Source: Curvularia clavata
Lineage: Eukaryota
NCBI GenBank assembly: GCA_023920165.1
Contig: CP089281.1
Location: forward strand, 1,488,001-1,552,000
Direction: 5' to 3'
DNA length: 64,000 bases
Made by a program: the position numbers and the translations under genes. Under the pieces are notes generated by a model. It saw only the letters and a program-made list of their open reading frames with translations. It made no database searches and had not been told where the DNA came from. Shown in pieces: positions 37,939 to 50,200 of the stretch. The first letter of the stretch is position 1. Every line of letters begins with the position of its first letter.

Positions 37939-39991
37939 ATGGCCGTTCCTTCGCTTCTGTTAGCGCTTGTGTCTCTAGGTGCATATGCGCTGTACAAGAT
38001 ATGGGAGTCTTCCCGCCGCAATAGGATACCGACAGGTCTGAAGCCTCTTCCGGGTCCAAAGGGTAAGACAAACACCTCAAATCCATACCACTCAATCATA
38101 CTCCACCCCATCCTTCATAGATTAAAGTAGCATGTACATCATCTAACCCACCTTTACCAGGATACCCAATCATCGGCGTGGTACCTGAGGTTCCAGATAA
38201 GAATGGATACATCAAGTTCTCAGACTGGGGCAAGGAGTATGGCCCAATCTACCAGTGCAACCTAGCTGGAGACAACCACGTCTGGGTCTCGACGGACCAG
38301 ATTGCAAAAGACTTGTTATCCAAGAAGGCAGCTATCTACTCTGACCGACCGCACATTCCATCCCTCATCGCCGATAACAGGTCGAGTGACCAGTATCTTC
38401 CCTTGCTTAGTAGGAATGGTAAATGCGCACATTGAGATGGGTCTTGCATTATGCTAACACTTTTCAGACGGTCACACTCGCCAGAGAAAGTTCGCAAACA
38501 TCATCATGCGTGAGTCCGAAAAGGCTTCCTTCCACCGATATCCTGAGCTCGAATCAAAGCGTATGATGGCCGAACTCCTGGATGCACCAGATCAGTACAA
38601 CCACATTATGGAATCTTACATCTCTCGTGTCACCTGCCGATTGGCTTGGGGCCACAGCGAAGGCAGCGACGAACTGAAACAACGCGCGCGTGAGCTCCTG
38701 ATTGGCGTTTCTCCTACAGGTTCTCTGAGCAACAAGCTTCCATTCTTGATGTCTCTGCCTGACTGGCTCTCACCACCTAAGGCATGGGAAAGGCGACGTG
38801 CCAATACAGAGCGCACATGGTTTCAAATTATGCAGGACCAAGTTGCCAGTGATATCAAGTCCGGGCAAGCAGCGCCTTCGTGGATGAAGACATTCTTGGA
38901 AACTCGCAGCAAATGGGGCTTCAAATCTGATTTGGAGGGCGCTTACGCTGTCGGCATGCACGGAATCGCAGGTGCCCTCACCATCGCCGCTCCTATGCAA
39001 ACATTTTGTCTGGCAATGGTCCATTACCCCCAATTCATGCCTATGCTGCAAGAGGAAATTGACCGCGTTTGCGGTGATCGCCCCCCACGTGCAGAAGATC
39101 GACCCAACCTTCCCTTCCTCCGAGCTGTCATTCGCGAATGCCTTCGCTGGCGCCCGCCTGTCCCCACTGGTATCCCTCACTACTTGACTCAAGATGACGA
39201 GTACAACGGTTACCACATTCCTAAAGGCAGCACAATCCATCCTCTCGAATGGTAAGCATAAAGCACATCTAAACATACTAGACATCGGCGTACTAATGCA
39301 TCGCTATAGGGCTATTTCACGTGATCCTGATCTATACCCTGACCCTGAAGCATTCAACCCCCTCCGCTGGGTGAAGCCCGAGTATCCCACCTACCAGGAA
39401 CCCTTAACCCAATACCCAACCATTATCAATTCGACACAATTTGGCTACGGGCGCCGAACATGCACTGGTCAACAGGTGGCAGACGAAGATATGCTTATCG
39501 GCGTCGGTTCAATCGCTTGGTTGTTTGATATCAAGAAGTGTTCCGACGACACTGCTATCCCCGCTAACAAAGAACACGCATACGGTATGAATGAAAAGGC
39601 AACCATTTCCAACGAGGAGATCAACGCAGGGGTCGACCGCAAGGAACCTACAATGGAAGACAAAATCCTCGCCAAGTTTGCCTATCCTGGATCTGAGCTT
39701 GCTAGCGCGCCATCGCCAAAGAAGTCGAAGTCTGACCAGCCAGCGTACAAGCCCATGGAATGGGGTGATATCACCCAGAAGCCAGAGGACCCTACGCTTG
39801 ACTACTCCATCTTGCTGATTGCAAAGCCAATACCCTTCAAATTTGATCTCGTTCCCCGTGACCCTACGCGGGTGAACAAGGTCCGTGACATGTTCCGACA
39901 GGGTGTAGACAACGGGGACTACCCCGAGAGCCGGCAGTACTGGGGAGAAAACCAAGGACGTGACAAGCCTGTAGGCTGGGGTAAGGTGTAA
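37939..39991 (+). CDS. Cytochrome P450 monooxygenase
   Basis: N-terminal TM anchor and PLPGPKGYPIIG hinge. Introns 38063-38160, 38419-38467, 39252-39309. ExxR (ECLR), FNPLRW and heme motif FGYGRRTCTG. Confidence 0.95.
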
Positions 39992-40449
39992 AGCAGCCTT
40001 GCATTTTGGGTTTAGAGGTCTAGGGTAGCGTTGATCGGAGATTTCCTTTGTAAAACGTCGAAGTTTCATATGTAATTGGCCTTCTCGAATTAATTCTTGT
40101 CAAGCAACTCACTGGCCTCGGCGTTGGCTTTTTTTTTGCTGCACTTTAGAACACCCTTGGGCACTGTAGATTGTCATATCCTCATCTTGCTCATAATAAT
40201 GATACTACTCAGTGTCGCATATTTCTGTGCTGTCTCTTCTATGTGCAAGCTATCATGATGCGCTGTGACTACCAAGTCTCAAAGCCATGAGTACATTCAC
40301 GTGATGCATACCCGGCCCGCTCCAGCCACACCTCCAGCCACATGACGCAGAGCCGGACTAATCAACCGCAGCGCGACATCATCTCAACAACACCTCAATG
40401 CGCCCACGATAACCCGACCCAGCTCTTCGCGAGCGTCAATCGCCCAGCC

Positions 40450-42324
40450 ATGTTCCGCACTCAGTTCACTGCTACGCGAACGCAAATTGCATCGTATCTG
40501 TTTGGCGTCGCGCTCTTCAGCATTAGTTTCCTCGTCTTCCTCAACAGTTCCATATCCTTTGTTATTACCCAGCGCATTGGACAGTCACATAACGTCGGCG
40601 ACGCGGTCGGTACCCTGGGATTTGCGGATGAGTTGGTCGCGCTGGTAGCATGTCCCGCGTGGGGCTTGCTGAGCGACAGGATAGGTGTGAGGAATGTCGC
40701 TGTACTAGGCTATAGCATTGTCGGCCTTGCGCTGTGGGTGTTTGTGCAGGCAAAGAATGTGTATCCTGAGTTGTTACTTGCGAGAATATTGTTCAGTTTG
40801 GGTGGAAGTGCGACGTGAGTTTAAAGTGTGAATTGGTGAACATGGGGCTGATGTTTGAACAGCGCGACTATGGTTACCGCGATCTTACCTACGATGACTA
40901 TTGTCAGAGACGTCAAGCCGGATCCACGATCGCCGACGCAAAATCGTGGCAGAACTCATGCGACTGTTGCTTCGATATCGTCTGAGCTTACTATTACGCC
41001 GGCGCGCTTCCGATCGAGTTCTCCAGAGGACTATACACAATCGACTGTGAAGAAAGACAACAGCGCATCGACATCACAACTGGCAGGACTAGTGGGCATG
41101 TTCACAGGATGCGGCGCATTGGTCGCACTTCTTGTATTCCTCCCTCTTCCAACCAAGTTCCAAAATGCTGGCGAGCGACCTGCTACCGCAGTCGCAGATG
41201 CATTCTACGTGGTCGGCGCAATCGCATTGCTAGTAGCCTTGGGCTGCTTCTTTGGTCTACGCCAACTCCCCGGCGAAGAGGGAAAGGGCTGGAAACGCCT
41301 CACCAATACGAGCGACTATAAAGAAACAGACTCCCACCTCACGCGCGATGTGGTTTTATCCTACCCACGCCTCTTCCTGGAGAGTATCCGCCTCGGATTT
41401 ACCTCACCCAACATTGGACTCGGCTATGTAGGAGGTTTCGTCGCGCGTGCATCGTCCGTCGCAATCTCCCTCTTCATACCGCTCTTCACAAACCACTACT
41501 TCCTCTCAACCGGGCGTTGCAAAGTCGATTCTAGCATACCCTCCGACATCAAAGTCGCATGTCCAGAGGCATACAAGCTTGCTGCCATGCTAACAGGAAT
41601 CAGCCAACTCATTGCACTGCTTTCCGCCCCCATTTTCGGCTTTCTATCTGGCCGCTTCCCCAGATACAACATCCCGCTTCTTGTCTCAGCCGTCGCAGGC
41701 ATAGCAGGCTACTCCGCCTTCGGCTCACTCTCCAGCCCCGACTACAAGAGCGCCGACGGTACAGGCGCAATATTCTTCATCGTAGCCCTCCTCGGCATCA
41801 GCCAAATCGGCGCAATCGTCTGTTCTCTCGCGCTTCTCGGCCGCGGCATAAACAACGACGAGCCCTCTTCTTCCTCTAACCTCTCCCATCACGCTTCTTC
41901 TTCCCGTCCAGCTAGCATACACGGCGCCACCAATCACCCTTCTGCCGGCGCCACTCCTCCCCATAGCCGCCCCATGAGCCCCGTAGACGAAACAGCATCG
42001 CTTCTCCCTGGCCCGTCTCGCCGCGCTTCCACCGCCGGTCTGACTCCCCATACATCTTCACACAACCACATCAAAGGTTCAATTGCGGGAACATACAGTC
42101 TCCTCGGCGGCTTTGGCATTTTACTTCTGACGAAAGCGGGTGGAGCACTGTTCGATACTGCGGGACCTGGGTCTCCTTTTTACATGATGGCGGCGTTCAA
42201 TGCTGTGCTAGGTGTTGTTACGCTGGGTGTTAGCGGCGTGAGGGCTGTGCGGAGTTGGAGGGAGAGGAAGCATGAAGGGGAGGGAATGGGGTGGGGGTTA
42301 GGAATTGGGGGCCTGGATGATTAG
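40450..42324 (+). CDS. MFS transporter of unknown substrate
   Basis: Motif A WGLLSDRIGVR. Intron 40815-40862. About 12 hydrophobic helices with two long Ser/Pro-rich loops. Alternative upstream ATG at 40342. Confidence 0.88.
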
Positions 42325-43143
42325 CGGGCGATGTCTGTGTTTTATTTACTTGGATTTTGGATATATTTTTCTGATTTGGATATGCGTATATGTGCATAGG
42401 AAAATGAAGGACATGTTGATTGGGTGGCGTAAAGCCCTTTTTTTTCTTACCCGCGTTTTGATTTATTCATTTGGCTTTTAGTGCATTGCATGAAATTGTG
42501 TATTCGAAACTGCTCAGCTTATGTGTCTTTCAAATAATCGTAAGAGCACCAACACTGTTTGTGATAGGTTATGTGGGTTTAGATGTATTTATATATGTTT
42601 CATGTCCCTAAGGGCTGAGAAGTACGCTGCATCAGGGCTGGTGAGGGATTTTTTTTCAAATATTTCGGTATGTGAGGAGATTCGTAGGGCCTTTTTTTTT
42701 ATGGGAATGGAATGGACACATGATAACACGTTGACATCTTCTACACTTTTCTTCTGAATATCACATCGATACATGTCATAAAGGGTTTCCTTCCATTCGC
42801 CTTTAGCCTTGTGATGGGATGGAGAAAAGACTCGTTTTCACATTTACAAAGAACTTCAAAACACAATAAACTGACATAATAAACTGACAAACAAAACATG
42901 CTACCGTACAAACATGTCCTCAAAGAGGGGGTATCTCGCGCTCGATCACACTATACTCAAACATATAGGAAAGCAAAAACCGCACGTCTCCTTATCAATC
43001 ATCTCCATTTCACGAAACATCACACCGCCACAAAATGTCCACTTTTGGTCTCGGAATGTCGGCAATACTGGGTTTGCAATCTAGACTTCTCGGCCCGGTG
43101 AATGCTCCGGTAGGCTCGAGAAGAAGGCAGTAAGAGACATAGC

Positions 43144-46100
43144 TTAGCTCTATTTTTGTTAATCTGGGTGCACGAGCAAAGGTGCAAGATGAAAACTTAC
43201 TTGATTATTGTACCTCCGTTGGTAGTCAGCATAAAAGTCAGCATACGGGTCGCCGGTGGTCTCGGGTAGCGAGGGGCGAGAAGTGCGGGCTTGTTTGCGT
43301 GGAGGTGAGGAACTCCATTTTGAAGAAGGCGTATTCTGGCGATAGTCTTGCTGGGCATGCGAGCTTGGAGGGAGTAATTGGCGCGGAGTCTGAAATTTTG
43401 ATGCTGAAGGTGCGCCCTGCTGATAGCGTTGCTGAGCGTATGAGCTTGCCGGGAGCGATTGGCGCGGTCGAGCATGCGGTACAGCGACAGTCTGACGAGG
43501 TTTGCTTATCTGATCGAATGACCCGGGAAGCGATCTTCGCGGTGGAGGTGACGTCTTTGGAGGTTTGCCTGACGCATCCATGCCTTCTCTCAGTGCTTGT
43601 TCCAGTGTCTCTCGCCCCTTGATGATGCCTTTGCGGTACATGGTATCGCAAATCTTGTCTTTGTAGAAGCGATAGTATGGTTCGGGAGATTCTGCGCGGT
43701 CGATACATTTCATGGCGTAGTTGCAGAAATCCGTTCTATCTCGAATGATAAAGTCATCCCATTGCCATTTTGGCACCATCTTATCTTCCAAATCCCATTT
43801 GTACATTTTTTCGCATAGATTATGGAAATGGATCCTATTACCAGTGTATTCTGGATATGCGTCTTTGAAGGATTCAAAGACTGTCTCGTATTGCGATTTA
43901 TTGTCAAGCATATCAGAACTGTCGAGATCCGTAAGATTTATGTTCTGGTGACCCATGCTCCGGTTATCCATGCTTTGGTTGTTCATGCTCTGATCATCCA
44001 TGCTCTGATCATCCATGCTCTGATCAGCCACGTGCTGAATATCCATAAGAGTGCTTGTCGGTAGACCAAGACTCACAAAACTTGTGCCTGAGTTTCTTTC
44101 TTCTCGAAACTTGCGGAAGGATTCTGCCCGCTCCTCACTCAGCGTGACTCGGGGATCCACCGTTGGGGGCGGGTCATCTCCAAAGCCGATGAGGCGAATC
44201 TCGCGTCGCTTAAATTTCCCTCGATTACCCGTAGCTGGCGACGTTGGCAGTTTGCGTTTGGTCGATAGTGTTACGGCATGAGACGTGTTCGAGTGAGAGC
44301 CAGGGACGACCTCCACCACCTTCAAAGGCTTTGGTGTTGTACTGGACGGGCCAGCTGTGTCTTCCGCCTCTAAAATTTCATCGACCATCTGTACGTCTTG
44401 AGAAGTATGAACAGCCACGGTTCCAGCCGTTTCGTCTTGTGGCTCTTGCTTGGAGTTTGGTCTACGAGGTAAGATGCCGTCCGTGAGTTGTGTGGTTTTG
44501 CCTTTTCCATATGGTGTTTCCTTGACCTCTACCACTGATTGCGGTTGAGCTAGTTTGGGGCTGGAAACGACTGGAGTTTTTGTGCGTGGACAGGGTTTCT
44601 CTGGGAGGTCTTCGCCCAATGCTTGTGGTATGAACTCCTCCATCTCCATCTCGTCATCTGAAATGGCAAGGTTTTGGACGGCCAACGGCCCGTCATCCGA
44701 TAAATCGACAGCTTCTGGATGTTGTGGCTGCCTGAAAGAGGATTTTTGGGGCATTCTAGACGGCTGCTCCGCAACTGACTTCTGGATTACAGGACTGGAG
44801 TCTGGAGGCAAATCTTGGTGACATCTCAACGGTCTCTGTGGTGACTCTGGACTAGCAGACCAGTGAGAAACCGTGCCTTCTTCGTCGGTTTCATTGGTTT
44901 TCTGAGTGGTCTGAGGCACAGATTCCGCAGAGAGATTGATGACCACCGGCAGACTATCAGGCGAGGGGTCAATATCGGAATCGACGTCGCTAGTTTCGTC
45001 ATCTTCGGCACTCGCTCGCTCGTCCGCAATCCTGTGGAGCACTGCGAGGATTGATTGCGGCATGTTGCCGTCTTGGAAAGGAGGGCACCCGGGTGGAGGA
45101 TGCAGCCAACTGGTGTCCTTTGTTAAACACTGTTGTTGCAGCCTAGAGACTGTGAGAGTGTCGCTGTTGAAAATAAAGCCTCTCATCCAAGAACACTCTG
45201 GACCTGAGGCAGTGTCCTGTTCAGGAGCAACGTGGGCACCCTTGTTATCTTGTTCATCTTCAGAGTCCGTATCTTCCATGTCGCGATGTCCCTCGGCAGA
45301 TCCTATGGTGTTCCTGTTACCATGTCCCTCAACAGAGCCTGTGGCTCTCCTGGTACCATGTCCCTTAGCAGATTCTGTGGCTTCCCTGTTCTCAGAGATG
45401 CGGGATGATACCTCCTTACTAGACTGTGCTAGGCTTTTGGGTGGTTGGGGCTCCTCTTTTATATTGTCCTCCAGCTCTAAAGGTGGTGGTGCTGTGTCTT
45501 GTACATCCGATCCTCCGTTTTCAGGTTTGATGTATTCCGCATCGAGAAGTTGCTGGTTGGAAGACGGGTCTGGAGCAAAAGAGCTCAGTATCCGACCTCG
45601 CTCAGGAGTAGTGGGTTGGTTTGGTGGCTGCAGCTGAGCCCGCGTTCTCGGCCCAGGAAGAGCGGCCCTTAGACCAGTGGGTCGACTCTTTCCTGGATGC
45701 CCATGAACTTCAGCTAATACACGCTGCAGCCGCTCATACTGAGTGGCTTCTTGTTCTGCCCGAATCTCGACACATTTTGTATGTCTATTCGGCAATGTCA
45801 CTGGGGCGAGGCTGTTTGTGCTTATAGACTGTGCATGGTTAGAGTCGGGATGTGCTGGGGTGGCGTGTTGCTCCTGGTTTCTGAAGGGTGCTTGGGTATG
45901 GCGCATTTGAGAGAGTAGCTGGGAGCCAATGTCGGGGGTGTCATGACTGTCACGATCCATGGTGTCGTTGTTTTGGGCGTCGCCAACAGAGAGGCATCGA
46001 CGGTCTTCGCGTGCGCGTGTCTCGTGTAGCTGTTCCTGCACTGCGCGGATTGCACCTTGGTTATATAGCGAGACTAAATCTACAGTGGTTAAATGGCTAG

Positions 46101-46599
46101 CAGTCTGGCTGCTTGCGCCAGCCCACTCAATGTGGTGTAGCAAGAAACGTAGCCTGTGGCGCGGGGGCCCGTACGAGGTGTACTGGATGGTATATTTACG
46201 CACAGCAATGGTACTGCCGGGGCTCAAGTAGGACACGGCACGGTAACGGGTTGCAAAGTCTCGAGCGCAGTCAGGCGTGAGGTGGGCGACGACGTGGTGT
46301 TGGCCATCCGTCAGTGTCCAGGGTACAGTCTAAGGGGAGATTAGTCAGGTGGCAGCAAACAGAACAGGCACAGTGGCGCGCACCTCGAGGACCTGCAGTG
46401 CGCTGTTTCGCTCGGGGTGAATTGAGTTAATGATTTCCAAGCACGAGCCATTGGTGTGGTAGAGACCCTCCCAAGCCCGGTCGCCCTCTGTCTTGACGCC
46501 AGATTTCTTCTTGTCGTGTCTTTCCTGCAGCCAATGGTTGGCTAGCACCAGCTGCCACTCGAATGTCTCTGCAAGCCACGCGTTGAGCCGCACGGCCAT
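43144..46599 (-). CDS. TPP1/Est3-like OB-fold telomere protein candidate (about 1130 aa)
   Basis: Intron 46330-46383 gives ALQVLE-TVPWTLTDGQHHVVAHLTPDCARDF...PGSTIAVRKYTI, which resembles the TPP1/Est3 OB fold. Long disordered linker, then an aromatic-rich domain (FESFKDAYPEYTG...WQWDDFIIR...PYYRFY). Probable last intron 43150-43200; the exact stop is uncertain. Confidence 0.6.
43954..44026. repeat. Coding minisatellite, 15-bp unit CATGCTCTGATCATC, about 5 copies
   Basis: Encodes DQSMD-DQSMD-DQSMN-NQSMD-NRSMG on the minus strand. Confidence 0.9.
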
Positions 46600-47240
46600 G
46601 TAAAGACGCTGTTTGTGTAAGGGAGACGCGACGCGTTTGCTCGGAGCGACTCTGGCACGGGTGCGAGCGGCAAGTTGCGGTCCAAGGTGGCTGGGAATGA
46701 CATTGCAGACAGTCTAGGAATTAAAAAAAGGCGTAGAAGAGAAAAGACAGTGGAGAGCGACAGGCATACGTAATTGTGCCTCTTTTTCTCCGTCTGGCCC
46801 ATTCACGGCGAGCGTGTACATATTTCTCGCTGCTGTGAGGTGGTGCACATCGGCAGAAGGGCGGGGCGGGGCGGCGGGGCGGGACGGGGCTTGGCGGGGG
46901 CGCGTCATAGCAGGCTAGCAGCAAGACGGTGGACAGCAGCTTAACTCGTGATACTGCAACTAGGCACCGTAGCCTACCGTCTATCTATGCTTACGTCCGT
47001 TGCCGACTGCCATCTTCCCTCCTCGATCTGTGCCGTCCATGAATCACCCTTGCTTGCTCTGCAGCCCCCTCCGGTTCAGCGTCGTGGCCTCGAGTCCAAG
47101 TGTGACGAAACTTTAGACCTCCACCTCACCTCTTATCAGCCCATGATTCTCCCGTGAAGCCTCATGTCTTCCTTTAGTGCCTACTGTCGCACGTCTGACT
47201 CCTTGCATTGCTCTCCAAACCCCTCTCTGCAATAGCAGCC
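46600..47240. promoter_or_regulatory. Divergent promoter between the TPP1-like gene and FAB1
   Basis: CGCGACGCGT at 46627-46636 and a run of GGGGC GC-boxes at about 46859-46900 between head-to-head ATGs. Confidence 0.55.
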
Positions 47241-50200
47241 ATGTCGGGCGACTCAAGGCGGGGTTCCCTGCAGCCTTCGCTGCACCAAATGCATGCAACA
47301 GCCTCCCGCTCCGACACGCTTACCACCTTCGACGACTTCACAGTCCCTCCCGCGCCCTCTGCTGTTGGAGAAACAAAGGGCATCGATCTTGTGCAGGGCG
47401 GATTCAGCGGTCTATACAGCCGCCTGCGAGCTTCTGTCGGAGGTGCAAGGGAACAACCACAAGATGGACAGGCCAGTGCCGCAGGCAAAAATGGCACCCC
47501 ACCAGCCTCTAGGCAGGGTGCAGCCAATTCTAGCCCTGGTAGCACTTCTGTATCCTCACCCGTCGTAGCTTCGGGACCGTCTTCAAGACTGCAATCACCA
47601 GCGACAGCCACCTTTTCTGAAGTCCTCCCTCCCTCGCGCGACTCCAACATATCCAACGCGACAGCGACAAGCAAGGCCTCGATATCCACGACCAGATCCA
47701 GGCCTTCTATCAGCACGAGTATCGATACTGTTTCTGCTGCAAGACAGGAAGACACCTACGTCTTAAGCCCCGTCAGCACTCACTCAAAGTCACACGGCCC
47801 ATCCCTCGCAGAATCGCAACGAAGCAACACGCCTAGGGACCTGGCACGACAGGAAGATGGAGACTTGGATGAAGGAGATATGGCGGTTGTTAGGGGCGAA
47901 GGCTCTAACAGTGAAGCTGTCAAGTTCAAGACTAGCGCAGACACGTCCCGTGAAAGTTTGAGCAGAGTGACTTCTCGGACGGAAAGCCAATACCAACCTC
48001 CTCGCTCTGCATCCAGTAAAGCAAGAGATCCGTTCGAACAGTCTGCAGAGGGTGCCCAGTCCAACCACACTGCTGGGAATACACAGGGTTCAGTGCACAA
48101 GCCCGAACCACTACGTCCGCCCCTGCTTTCCGTCGGCCCCTCACACCTTCCTGGCTACCGAGCCTCAAGAGCTTCTTCCTCTGACGGTTTAAGCTCTGTC
48201 GCAACTTCGTCCACGATACGTACTCCTACAGTTGCCCCCATTGAGGAGATACAGCGTCGAGTTCAGGCTGCCCCTTCTGGCCAAAACACATCACGAAGCA
48301 CATTTACCCAGATGCGGCGCAAAATTCTGGATCGCGAGTTCTGGATGCGAGATGAGAATGCCAAGGCTTGCTTCAATTGCGGTGATGCTTTCACTACCTT
48401 TAGACGAAAGCACCACTGCCGAACATGTGGGCAAATCTTTGATTCAAAGTGCACTTCGATCGTGTCGGGTAAGATGTTTGGCCAACAGAGCAATCTCAAA
48501 GTCTGCAAGCCATGTGAGAGCATCATCTATGGCCACGAAGACGACTCGTCCGATTACACAGACGAGGGTGATCAGGCTTCACTCTACGACCATGGTGATC
48601 AAGCACAGTACTCAGACAATGATGAACCCGAGCCCGTTGAAAACGATCACACCAAGATTGGGACACCCACCATTAGTATTCCCATGTCCAGAAAGATGGG
48701 CAGTGAAAAGAAACGCCGACAGCATGTCATAGAAGTTGGCCCTCCGACGCTGGCTCGACCGAGTTCCTCTCGGTCTCTACGGTCCATGGTAGGAAGACCA
48801 CGCTCCTCTAGCCACAAGCGTCATTCCTCCAAGCATCAGCACATGCGGAATGTCAAACACGATGACCGGGCGCCGTTTCACCAGTATCATGATAACTCAC
48901 GTAGCCAGCCAAGTCTGTCAGCTTTCCATCATGATAATATTATCGATCCAGATCTTGCTCCATTCATGTCCGATGAGGGCTCGAGTGAAGAAGAGCATGC
49001 CAACATCTTCGCAACCCTCAGGGAAGACCCCGCTACAAGTGCAAATCTCGACAGCGAAAAGGGCGGACTGGGTGGTATTTTAGCGGCAATGAGAAAAGGA
49101 AAGTCGAGAGCTGGTGACAGAAGTGTCATTGGAACAGGTCACGCTCGAGACGCAGACAACGTCAGCATTACGAGTCGCAATGGCAATCGGCCATCTCGAC
49201 GAAGGAATTTGAGTGTGAGCAGCGTGACCCACAGAGCCTCCCCCAGACGATCGAAGAGCAACACTTTGCTGAGGCCTTACACGGGTTATGGAGCTAGTGG
49301 TCCAGGCACACCACAGCTGCAGCCATCACCATCACCAACACCCTCAGGGTCGAGAATAACCCGTAGTGCTTCAATGCAGGGCATGACACCCAAGGTTGAG
49401 CTTAACAAGGCCAGTCTCGACCATGCCAGGAAACTCCTGATTCAGATGCTCAATGATTCGGGTGTGCCTCACGCATCCAGCTGGGAAAAAGCCTTGATTC
49501 CAATCTTGCGACAGTGCACCGATGATGTTAACCCCGACGTAGACCGAGGCGACGACATTGACGTGAGGAATTATATAAAACTAAAGAAGATCCCTGGTGG
49601 GAAACCAAAGGATACAGCCTACATCTCTGGCGTTGTCTTTACTAAAAATGTTGCCCTGCGAAGCATGCCACGCAGTATACCCAACCCGCGCATCGCAATC
49701 ATAACTTTCGCCATTGAGTATGCACGGCACCAAACGCATTTCATGAGTCTTGAGCCTGTCATAGCACAAGAGCGTGAGTATCTTCGCAACCTTGTCAATC
49801 GCATAGTGGCTCTCGAACCTCATGTACTGTTGGTGCAGCGGAATGTGTCTGGCCTCGCACTCGAGTTCTTGGAACAGGAGGGGATAGCTGTGGTCCATAA
49901 TGTGAAGCCAACGGTTCTGAATGCCGTTGCTCGCTGCACAAACTCAAGGATGATTTCGTCAGTCGACAAGCTTGCGATCGATCCTTCCCATCTCGGATCA
50001 TGCGGCAGCTTTGACGTAAAGACGTATGTGCATCGCAATGCAAAGAAAACCTACATTTTTCTCTCCGGCTGTCAGAAAGAGCTCGGGTGCACGATCGTTC
50101 TGAGGGGAGCCAAAAGTGACGAGCTTTCGAGATTGAAACGCATCACTGAGTTTATGAGCTACGTTGTTTACAACCTTCGTCTCGAGACTTGCTTGATGCG

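Noticed and set aside
37939..42324. P450 plus MFS transporter as a secondary-metabolite cluster
   Set aside because: No PKS, NRPS, terpene synthase, DMATS or pathway regulator in the window. Flanking genes are an F-box gene and a telomere/FAB1 pair.
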